DNA of 64,000 nucleotides from Monocercomonoides exilis PA203. Its lineage: Eukaryota > Protista > Preaxostyla. Under the pieces are notes generated by a model. It worked only from the letters and a program-made list of their open reading frames with translations, was not told the origin of the DNA and did not search any database. Each line of letters starts with the position of its first letter. Within the stretch, counting starts at the first letter, position 1. Both the position numbers and the translations under genes were made by a program. The stretch covers positions 682,001 through 746,000 of the forward strand of contig LSRY02000011.1 of NCBI GenBank assembly GCA_001643675.2, in the 5' to 3' direction. Shown piece after piece: positions 22,901 through 32,734 of this stretch.

Positions 22901-24140
22901 GCAACGGCTTCAGTCCAATTTTCTGCAGCAATTCTGATTTTTGTTGTTTCAATGCAGCTGCTTTTTTCCTTCTATACTCTCGAAATTGGCAGAGATTCCT
23001 TTGGGCCATGCCTTTGATTATGCAAGTTTCCATTTCAGACGGAATGGTCGTTTTTTCAATTAAATCTGTATCAATTGCTTTTTTTGTTCCATTTATAATG
23101 TTGCTCTTGTCAATAATTTTCTTGCAGTAGTTTGAATCTTCTTCTTCTTCTCTTTTCCACTGCTTCATCATTTTCATCGTTTCCCTACATCGAGAGCATT
23201 TACACGCAAAATGCCATTTCTTCTGCAGAATGCGCTGTCTCATTGAGATTGAGTAACTCAATGGCACGTAGCTTATCGTGATTGGCTCCCCATTTCGGAT
23301 AAATCGCACCGCTCTGACTTCAACTGCTTTTGCATCATTCACTGAAATAATGCAATTTGGACGGCAAGAATGATTGATAAGAGACACCCGAGGGTATATT
23401 CCAACAATAGCCCAATTCTCGCTCGGATGACGAATGTTCAATTTTTGAAAATGAGCTTTGCAAATGTACTCAAATGATTCATCGAATTCATTTGCATCCA
23501 CATAAAACTTCCCAGCTTCATTGCCATTTCGCTTTAGTATTTGCATGATGTGTTCTGTCAAGAATCCCAATCGTGATCGTAAAGTTTGAGGAAGAAATAA
23601 CTTATTTGATTGAAGAATGACAAAATCGAAAAAATTGTGAACATGACTTCTAGGAATCCCTGGATAGTTTGAATCTTCAATACATTCAGGCGTCGGCAAA
23701 ATTCTTTTATTAATTAGTCGACAAGCTGAGAGCTTTTCACCTCTGAAATCTGTGACAGACGAAAATTTGTGAAGGAACCGATCAAGCAACAAAAGAATTC
23801 TAAGGTATAACTGACAATGTGTGGAAAACCAAGGTTCTTGAAGATTTAACCCCATTATTTTGCATTCCACTTTGTGAATTTCTTTCCAATGGTGCAATTG
23901 GCATGCTTTGCTACAATATTTTGTAACTTTGCATTTTCCGCATTGCAATAGTTTTCCGTTTTCAGTTTCTTTCAAGCAGCAATGGCACCTTTCCTTTGCA
24001 GTGGAATCTGTCAATTGATAAGCAAAAGGTTCTTCTGATAAAACAATATCTCCAATATTAAAATCCTGAGACGCCTTAAAGCCCAATCCAAGATTTTCAT
24101 CTGCATAAATATCACATTTTTCGAGGGATTCAGTTTGCAT
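19986..24140 (-). CDS. SET and MYND domain lysine methyltransferase (SMYD family), 1384 aa
   Basis: SET-N GLGFKASQDFNIGDIVLSEEP. MYND CHCC...CGKCKVTKYCSKACQLHHWKEIHKVEC. SET NHSCRPN and GEPITISY. Post-SET FACKCSRC. Long acidic and Ser-rich C-terminus. Confidence 0.93.
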   Translation of the reverse strand: MQTESLEKCDIYADENLGLGFKASQDFNIGDIVLSEEPFAYQLTDSTAKERCHCCLKETENGKLLQCGKCKVTKYCSKACQLHHWKEIHKVECKIMGLNLQEPWFSTHCQLYLRILLLLDRFLHKFSSVTDFRGEKLSACRLINKRILPTPECIEDSNYPGIPRSHVHNFFDFVILQSNKLFLPQTLRSRLGFLTEHIMQILKRNGNEAGKFYVDANEFDESFEYICKAHFQKLNIRHPSENWAIVGIYPRVSLINHSCRPNCIISVNDAKAVEVRAVRFIRNGEPITISYVPLSYSISMRQRILQKKWHFACKCSRCRETMKMMKQWKREEEEDSNYCKKIIDKSNIINGTKKAIDTDLIEKTTIPSEMETCIIKGMAQRNLCQFREYRRKKAAALKQQKSELLQKIGLKPLQAAENSSGLVSAHQEEEEGEGEEEDANDYDDYFNEEDDEEIDRDLIIQSPDLLHDQALNKKVSNESTITNLKEDKSKQLENEKGGKGLKSRQKKKAGKSLAQKQLDFRTELLKSFAEFIGPDFDSDSDDSNPSELTSSEITRSILESTGEIGQENSSCLALAAEEPAYDLHSEMAESKLAEYENSPVIVAAKALEALRNNPNIPGACQKIKELKSFLIAALQTEEVNKPAEELLSADSREFMEKIKCYSKNDMGCVPGVAGTSSSYSSSGSIEPGSSAMPSSSLLPPSFTQIYPNRSNSMASQAFLPPPPFSLYKLKRSRASSSSSSSIVKSPSALQSSLSGVASTQNSSGVPSEGMSDYIRYIQNTPPTASGASQTSAATSTTDQQMSFLSDQTRKSILLEKCTPMADFALDSFVCECGNQMILLSDNFYYHNEARRKGNGCKIVFDVNRHYNEKNSNWFPSRSEVVKADENDACSTNASSSLPLSNLDSSKSTNSVASNNNTASVNSSILSSSRLLLSSSSFSFMQPFSYYAPSATSMAFPHSLSPSLRSSLYHFPSFSSSLSSAFEYQYPFSASSSSNSSSSISTDLSHSPASAYSSNSSLTSAKYPSCFPFPSPTWHFLCLRCCKPHYATFDEQSKISSDLILAYTLFDRLEMAKEELMYGRDVDNGSEDEEDERRELREKAKRKGEQSTHGECKDSGDKAVIPETPHVMKTLDELNEGEKKWKRLLCDRIALLRKLLRTQLKRLSNGRLFMNENVKKMKGLKRKEGKRKKTQQCLKEKDQTTEGAGKDTAMKQPQQENKKGKNEDTKEKCEKATEDKKTGLPQKKEEEKEEESSDTETVNENEEEEMEEEEEEEEKSEEIDLYECLAEEEKCNSLLSQYANRQVRYLHRNNALLLNFKQDNLGRGGKANMKEKGKSVIESSEANKTTVKKQQDKIKAEINDSVKTTDNKALKEVGKGIEKQKKTTK

Positions 24141-25793
24141 CGGAAAATTAGGTGCAATGCCGCTGAAAAAACAAAAATGAGAATTTGATTTTTATATAAA
24201 GGGTTCAAAATTTTTACATGATAAAAAGAATTGACTCCGTAAAAATTGATATGTTTGTGAAAAAGAAATTCGAAGTTAAGTCATATGACATTCAGTTCGA
24301 ATGTGTGTGAATATCTAATTATCCAAAAAATTTTTAGTTTATTCTTCATTCTACATTTGTCATTCATTGTCTCTCAAAATTGTTTGCCCTGTTAAATTCA
24401 AAATGAATTCTATTATTACTGACAATAATAATACAAACAAAAATAATAATAATATTTTTTTCTACAATTTTCATGTTATCATCATATCCAAATAAAATGG
24501 AGTTTAACTTAAAAAAAATAGTCTATAAATTAAAAAAAAATACACAAAAAAATGCTAAGGAAATTTTTAAGTGAGAAACAAGCTAGTAGAAAAATATCAG
24601 TTTATTTAGACTCAAATAAGCAACAGCATTGTGTCAGATACAAGTGAGCAAAAGGGAAACATAAGTTGTCTATGAAAGCAATAAAAACATAAAGAAACAA
24701 AAGGAAGATACAACAAAAGAACAGTTAATAGCAATAAAAAAAGAAAGCATTGTTCTTCTCAAAGATGATTGTTGATAAGAAATGGGAAATTTTAAAGTTG
24801 ACTTAAAAAAAAAATAAAGTTGCTCAGAAAAGAAGAAGAAGAAGAAGAAGATTTAGTCAGAAAAGGTGTTAATAAAATCAATTAGAGAAGAATGAGAAAT
24901 GATGAGATTGTTCATAAGAGAGTTAAAGTTTGATAGAAGAATTGCATGAAAAGAGTTGAGAAGCTTGAAAAAGAATGCTATCAAGAAGTATTGCGACTAA
25001 CTCAGTATGAAATACGTTAAAGTACCCTGTAAATGAAGAAAGAATTGTGACAATAAAAAAGAATACAAATGAATTGGAAAATTAAAATAAAATAAAATAA
25101 AATAAAATAAATATCAAAATTAATCCCATCCAGAAAAAAAGAAAAAACTTATTTGAACGCATCTATTTCACAGCATACTCTATTGGCAAGTAAGAATTAC
25201 AAGCAAAAGAAACTTATTCTGCGAGGAAAGGATGAAATAAAGAAGATGAAATGAGTCAGAAGAAAGGCAGTTGTAGTTAAAGTTGTAGTTGCAGCTGCAG
25301 TTGCGGTTGTCAAACGTGAAGTGCTAATTGCGAAGTGCTTAACTGCTTCCATCAATGTGAATCTATATCTGTTTATTTGTGTATTTATTTATTTTTTCTT
25401 CTTTTTTTTGACACTACACTCAGAACTTTCTGAATACTGCATCAAAAAATTAAATAAATAAATAAATAAATAAAGCTTGAGAATGAAGAAATCGCGGGGA
25501 AGCAAAAAAAATATCTAAAACAAAAAGAAATAATTTTTATATGAGATCGGTTTCCAAATAGTGAATGCTTGGTTACCTTGTCCTCCTCTTTCATTTGGCA
25601 TCGAAGTCAAAAATTAAAATGCGGTTCTGACTTCTTCCTGCTCTTCTACTTCTTTCACGCACACACTCATCAATTCGTCAATCTAATTTATTTATTTATT
25701 TATTTATTCTTTTTCAGCTTTCTCTTGTTCCTTCTCAACAGAAAAATTGCGTTACTTCGTTTCTACACACATACACACTCCTTCCCACCTCAT

Positions 25794-27286
25794 TTAGAAA
25801 TCCCTCAAGTTCGACGGGTCCTGATCAGGGTCTGTAGGGTCTATTTCTCCGGGGGGAATCTCCGGATCTTCCGGAATAATTGCCGGCGCGCTCTCTGCCG
25901 GAATCGCATTCGGCGGGATCGGCGCAGGAATCAGACCGTTCTCCATCGCTGCCCAGTCGATACCTGCAAAAAACGGATGGTTCTTCACATCCTCTGCTCC
26001 GCCATGCAGGCAGCCCAGCCTCTTCGTCTTGTCCTTTCTCAGCAGCTCCAAAACAAGCGCTTTGGCAGCTGCTCGGAGCTCTTTCTCTTTCTCGTCGTCT
26101 TCTGGGTTCTCAAACTCTTTCATCGGAGGACGATATTTCACAATTGCCTCGTACGTCTCAATGGGTGTGCCGAAAAATGGCGGGTTTCCCATCAGCAGCT
26201 CGTATATCAAGATGCCCAACGCCCACCAGTCAACTCCCTTGTCGTGCCCTGTGCACAACACAAGCTCAGGCGCTACGTATTCCTGGTTGATTTATGCAGG
26301 CAGTATTTGGAATGATTGTATTGTTGAATAAATTAAGAAAAAGAAAAAAAAGATTAAACAATACATAAAAATGAAGTACAAAAAGAAATAAAGTGTTTAT
26401 GTCTAAAAATTTTTTCATTCAAAAGCAAATCACAAAAATTACTCATTTCACAGAAATAAAGAGGGTAAATTTAAAAAAAAAATTAAAAAAATAAAACTGA
26501 TAAGAAAAACTTTAAAAGTCATTAACATACTGCTGTACCGCAGATTGTGAAAGAAAGATCAGTAATCTCTTTTGCAAATCCGAGATCCGTAAGCTTCAAT
26601 TGCCCTTCACCATCCAAAAGCAAGTTTTCTGGTTTTAGATCCCTATATGCAATTTGCTCTGCATGCAGACGAGCAAAAGCTGTTACAAGCTGAGCAGCAT
26701 AATGGCGAACTGCAGAAGGCTTTATTGTTTTATAAGTCTCTCGCAAGGTAAAGAAATCTCCGCTCGGGCAATATTCTAAAATAAGATAAATGTTATTCTC
26801 GTCTTGCATTGTTTCGAATAAACGAACGATTCTCGGATGGCGGCATCGAAGCAAAATTTCCCTTTCATATTTCATGTGCCTTGCTTGCTTAAGAAGACAT
26901 ATTCTCTTTTTGTCCATGACTTTCATCGCAAAATATTGCTGTGATTCTTTATGTTGTGCTATTTGAATTATTCCAAATGTACCCGAGCCAATAATTTGCA
27001 TCATTTTAAATTCATCAAGACGTGGTTTTCGAGTAAATTGAAAAGACTCTGACAATTTTGAGGGTGAAGCAGATGAGCTGCTTGACGCGATGATGTATGA
27101 AGGAGGAGCAGGTTCCTTTACTACTGATGTTACTGGTGGTTTTCCAGAGTGGCACTCAATTGAGCTAACTGAAGATTTCGAAACAGGAATTGGCGAAGGT
27201 TTTTTTGGAGCAACTTTTGCAAGAGTTGGTAAAGATGCAGAAGCTTTCGAATGTGTAAGCGTTGTTGCTGGTTTTTTGGGGGGCAT
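25794..27286 (-). CDS. cAMP-dependent protein kinase catalytic subunit-like (AGC group); join(complement 26531..27286, 25794..26282), 414 aa
   Basis: GSGTFG, AMK, YRDLKPEN, DLGFAK, TICGTAEYVAPE, VDWWALGILIYE, KRLG...GAEDVKNHPFF and terminal RDF. GTATGT...CCAG intron 26283-26530. Confidence 0.9.
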
Positions 27287-28162
27287 TAATACAGGAATAA
27301 TAAAATACGCAAAGGCTTAAATTCTTTTAGAGAGAAGAAATCTAAAAAAATCTTTGTAATTAGTAAAATATAACACAATTGATATGAAATAATAAAGAGC
27401 AGCGAAAATGTAATTGCTTATTTAAAAGAAAACTCGATCTGATAAATAAGGAGCAAACGAGATGTAAATATGGTTCATCTCCCATTACTTAAAAGAAAAA
27501 CAAATTTTTGGTTTCAAGAATCATTAGAAAACAGAACATTGAAAAGTTAATATTTAGTGTGTGATATGAAATAATGTTTGTTGCTTTTATGAAGAAAAAT
27601 ATTGATCAATCAATATTTTTCTTTTGAAATATCCAATAATTGTTTTTCATACAAAAAATTTCCTAAATCCAACAATAAAGAAAAACAGATCTATCATTAT
27701 AAATTTTCATTTTCCAATGACGATAAAGTTTTTGTTCACAAAAACAATTGTGATTTCTGTTTCTTATTCAAATTTGTTATGAATTTTTTAAAAATCACAA
27801 CTATCAAAAAAATAAAGCAAAAAGCAAAATGTGAAGTTACATATGTGCATAATTTTAATGTAATTTTTCCATTGATAACATTCAGGTAATCACTCAAAAT
27901 TCCTTTATATGTCAAAAAATGTTGTTCTTTTCAACAAAATTATTCTCTTTTCTTTATATTTCGAAGCAAAGTGATAAAAACAATGTCATGAAAGTTAACT
28001 TAAACTGTGAAGTGCATGGAAAGCAATTTACCAAAATATGCAATTGAACGCTAAACATAAATGGTTAAAAACTGAAGTGAATGCAGAGCTAATTAATTTC
28101 TTGAATAAATGAAAATTTAAATTTGAGGATTTTTGTGATGTATAATTTTAATTCCCAATTCT

Positions 28163-28807
28163 TCAAATGACCTCGTCATCACTTTTCTGTTCTTTGGTCC
28201 CTTCTTCTTCCGAATCATCTTCGCAGTCTTTTTCTTTTTTCATCCGTTCTTTCTTTCTTTTGTAATATTCCTCCTCTCTTTCTTTTTCGACTCTGTTCAA
28301 TGTTGACTCTCCATAAATAGAAACCAAGTCTAATGGCTGACATTTTGAATCAGATAAAACATCAGGAGTGAATTGAGAAAATACTTTGGCTCGAATATCG
28401 ATAGTTTTCATCACAAGAACATCATCTGAAGATCTGTCTGCTGGTGTCACTGGATTAATTGCATTTTTGGGAGTTATTGCAACAACATTTCCAGTTTCTT
28501 CAAGGGGTTTTTGATCAGATTCGCTTTGATCTTTTTGAGTTTCTGAAATGGAAGAAGAATTCTGGTTTTGTTTTTCGTTTTTTTTCGATGGAAAGAAAAA
28601 GTGAAACAAATTCACAAAAGGTGAAAAAATAAAAGAAGCTATTTTGTTTTGTTTTGAAGATGAAGATTGTAAAGCTTTTAGATTTTCCTCCTCAACAACA
28701 ATTTGTTCCTGTTTTCTTTTCATTAGTTCAAGTTCTAAATCTGCATCGGCAAAACCATATTCCTCTTGTGCTAGCTTGTAGCTAATTTTTCCAGGAGCCT
28801 CACACAT
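28163..28807 (-). CDS. Hypothetical protein, 214 aa, charged C-terminus
   Basis: Long ORF in AT-rich surroundings with protein-like composition. Start uncertain. Confidence 0.55.
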   Translation of the reverse strand: MCEAPGKISYKLAQEEYGFADADLELELMKRKQEQIVVEEENLKALQSSSSKQNKIASFIFSPFVNLFHFFFPSKKNEKQNQNSSSISETQKDQSESDQKPLEETGNVVAITPKNAINPVTPADRSSDDVLVMKTIDIRAKVFSQFTPDVLSDSKCQPLDLVSIYGESTLNRVEKEREEEYYKRKKERMKKEKDCEDDSEEEGTKEQKSDDEVI

Positions 28808-29557
28808 GAAGCAACGTTATATCTGCGAAAAAATGATAATTCAAATGAAATTTTGATTTTCACAAAAAAGTTATGGTTATCTTTAATATGTTGGGACGAA
28901 ATTTTTTATTTCATGAAATTTGTTCCATTCTTTTCTTCCCAATTTATATGTCATTTCTTGATATTTCAAAATAATTTTTTCTTGAGAATGCTACACTTTT
29001 CATGATTTGATCGCAGAAAATGTTTTGAACAAATCCCTGTTTTTTTCAAAAATGCAATAATTGTGCTCCAGTTTTTCATTTTTCAAATAATTGCAATTTC
29101 TGATAATTAATTAGCTATTTTTAATATATTTTGCTTATTATATTTACAATGTTTAGGGATAACAGATAAAGCAATCACAAATAAATTAATAAATAAAATT
29201 TTTGTCAAACATAAACCCTTAGCTGCTGTTGCATACTGGAAAGGAAAAAATGGTGATAATATTTACTTAATCAAAAGAAATGTGCCAAAAAAATAAACTG
29301 AGCAACCAAAACATTTTAAACAATAACCTCGCGCAAACAAAGAAATATTTTGCTTATCGTATTATGTAAACATATACAAGATGTCGTTGGGTGCAAAAGA
29401 CAGTTCGTCGAAAAATGTATCTCAAAATAATGTGAAAAGATTGAAAAGCAAAACAAAATCTCAAACATTTATGTTGAAACAGTTTACAAATATTTTTTTT
29501 TTGATGATCTTTCCTGCGCACATTCCAAAATTTCCCAATTATTTTATAATTTTCAGT

Positions 29558-30967
29558 TTAGACATTGTAAATAATGCCGGAGAAAATAGATGTGAAATAT
29601 TCGTCGTACAGCGAGACAACAAAAGGACGATCGACGACAAAAGGAACGGGGAAGCTGACAGGGCGAATCATCCCCATGCACCGCATCATCATCACAGCCG
29701 TGGCTGCTGCTGCCTCAACTCCGTTCTCATCGACTTTCAGCACAGTTTTATGAATCACATCGCTGATCTTCAGAGCCTCCGGAGACATACGCTCAAATTT
29801 CGCATCGTCCGTGAAGCAGATGCCCAACCCCATTTTGGTCAGGGCTTGCACCAGCGAGGCAGAAAACTCTGCATTGAAGCGGGGAAGAGACAGAGCAACA
29901 AGAGTGGATGACAGGCCCCTAACAACATCTTTGAATTGCCCTGCTCTCAGATACTTCATCGCACAGCTGCGAAGAGCTTCTTCTCCTTTTTCTGCGGGAA
30001 GCATCACGAGCATCCTCATTCTTCTGTCTTTGAATCCCAATGACACAAACGATGCATCTCCTGCATTGTGATACATCAGTCTCTCAGTCATCTCCATCAT
30101 TTTGCATTGCTTCTTTTCGCCATTAATAAGGTTGAAGTCTGCGTCGTGTGTCTGATGCTTCTTGAATTGGTTTTGAAACTCTCCTTTAAAATAAACCGTA
30201 TTAAGGAGGACCATTTCATCGTCACTCTCCAGTTTGCTTACGATTTCTTTGATCAGCCCTTTGGTCTTATCGTTAACCCAGGCATTAATCCGAGGTGGTC
30301 TATAAAGTAAATGATATAAAATTGTTTTGTGCAAATATTGATTTGGAGTAAATGCAAACAAAAAAAACACAAAACAAGACAAAATCCAAAATGTATTTGA
30401 AACGCCAACATATAAAAAAGTGCAAACGCTGCAGAATCAAATGGAAGAATTTCAGCTGTCGCCCCAAAGGCCTTTCCACATTCGTCCAAAAATCCTTTAT
30501 ATACTGTTATTTTACTGTTAATCCAAAGAGAATTTGCGATTTGATAAGGAGGAGGACACTCTTTTTCATATTTTTCAAGAACTCCTGCAATCATAGCAAC
30601 CTTTATTTTCATTAGCAAACAAATAAAATTCATCAGTAATAAATGGCATTAATTAAATGCTTTGATAATAAATCTTTCAAACTGTTTTTTCAGCCGGAAA
30701 TCCATTTAACTGCAAGACATTTCTCATTGCTTCCAATGATGACTGTGTTGCTCCTGATCCAGCCATCATAAGGGCAGTGTGAACAGAAAGAGGCGAGATG
30801 AAAATGTTCTGGGCCTTGTCAGAAAGAAGCTGTTCTAACAGAAATGTACAAAAATTGTTGATGTATTCTCCTTGAGCAGCTTTCATAGCACCGTATTCCT
30901 CTTTGCTGACTTCACTAGGCTCTGTGTAAACAGGTCCTGGTCTTCCTTCTGCAATTATTTTACTCAT
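29558..30967 (-). CDS. Serpin, intracellular; exons 30967-30683, 30600-30428, 30299-29558; 399 aa
   Basis: NIFISPLSVHTALMMAGSGA, IANSLW, INAWVNDKTKGLI, LLNTVYFKGEF, LPRF, hinge ENGVEAAAAT and FVVDRPF. Two GT-AG introns restore the frame. Confidence 0.95.
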
Positions 30968-31627
30968 AAAAATATCTTCACAAATGAAATTCGATCAAAT
31001 GATAAATAATAAGTTACTGAATTTGATGATTTTTTTAACATAATTATTTTCGAATATTCTCTCAAATTTGTGAACTATAATGTTCAGTATCAAATGCCAA
31101 TCATTTACGTCTATAATAGTTGATGGACATATTAATAATATAATAAAAGAGTCACTTATGAATATTTCTCAACAAAATCAATTATTGAACAAAAAGTTAA
31201 AAAGATAGTTCAAATAAATAATGCATCGATGAAATAAACAACGAATCAAGGTCTCTGTTTTTTAAAAAGTAATTTATCCTTGAAGAAAAAAAGCATAGAA
31301 TTACAATGTTTTATTCAAAAAATACAATTAATTCACCATTTCTTCTTCTGATTATGAACACAAATAATTCAAAAAAAAATTAATTTATGTATTCCTTCAC
31401 AATATAATATTTTGCGAAAAATTAGTTTTTGGATAAATGTCGGAAAGTGAAAAAATAAATAATCTTTAGTCAAAATTTGATAGAATAAGAAAAAAAATGA
31501 ATCTATGTCTTTGATTTTTATCAAAAAAATAAAATGAAATGAAAAATCGCAAATTTTGCAGAAAAAAATAAGTAATTCTTTTTGAAAACAGGCAAATGTT
31601 GAATTTTCAAAAAAATCACAAATTTCA

Positions 31628-31665
31628 TATTTTGCTCAAATTTTTGTTTCCACTCACGAATCTAC
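31628..31665 (+). repeat. Dispersed intergenic repeat (inverted copy of 8782-8819)
   Basis: TATTTTGCTCAAATTTTTGTTTCCACTCACGAATCTAC, 33/38 identity. Confidence 0.7.
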
Positions 31666-32734
31666 TTTAAAATATGAAGGGGAAAATACGGACTTTCAAG
31701 CTTTTTATGCACAAAGCATGGAAAAATTGTTCAACTTATAACATTTTTAAACTTAACCAGATTTCAAATAAATTCGATTTTCATAACTGTTAACAAACAT
31801 CATTGATATAATAACATTATGTTTAGCGACCTCACATGTATTTCAAAAAATAAACCAATTTTTTTCAAATTTTTTGATCACAAAAAGATCATCTTTGATT
31901 CATAATTTTTCAATGAAAATGCATGAAGTCAAATATTTTGTCCCATATTTGAAAAATTCAAGATGGATTTATTTATTTCGAATGCTTTCACCTTCTTGCG
32001 TTTATTGACAAAATAATCAATCCAAAATTTCGAAATGTAATTTTTGATAGGAAAAATATGAAATCAAAAATATACACACATTTACATCATTTTTACAAAC
32101 ATCGATTAAATATTGTTGTTCAACGGCTTCAGACACTCAGAAAAAACAGTTTTGTTTTCAAATAACACTTTTATAAAAATACTAGAATTGAAAAGTGGTT
32201 AATAAAAATTTTTGAATTTCGTTTAATAAATGATGTTTCAAAAATTTTGAAATTCAATCCAAAAAATTCTCACAAACAGTTTAGTTGAATCATTAAACAG
32301 TTAAATATAATTTCTTAATTTATCAGACATTTTTAATTAATCGCTTCCGTTTTACATTTTGATCGAAACAAGTGATATGAAACACTATTTTTGTATGATT
32401 CAAACAACTCTGTCATATTTCTCTCACATTTTTTTTTATCTTAGAGCAGCAAGTTGCACTAGTTCTTAAAAAAAATGTTAACATACAAAATTGTTTGAAA
32501 CGAAAAATTCCACATTCTGAAAAACAACAAATAGGAAATAAATTTATTGAAAGATAATCTTTTATTAAAGATAGTTAAAAAAAAAAAATTGATTAAGATT
32601 CATTTGCTCTTGAAATAAATTGACACTTTGAGTCAATTCATAGTTAAAAATTTTGTTAACCATAATTAATTATTTATTATTCAAAGTGAAAAATAATTTA
32701 TTTTTGACTGAAAGAAAACACAATTTTCACTGTT

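Noticed and set aside
25270-25312. AGTTGY hexamer run, with nearby (AAAAT)n and (AAAT)n tracts
   Set aside because: Simple microsatellites, not telomeric or structured RNA as far as can be seen.
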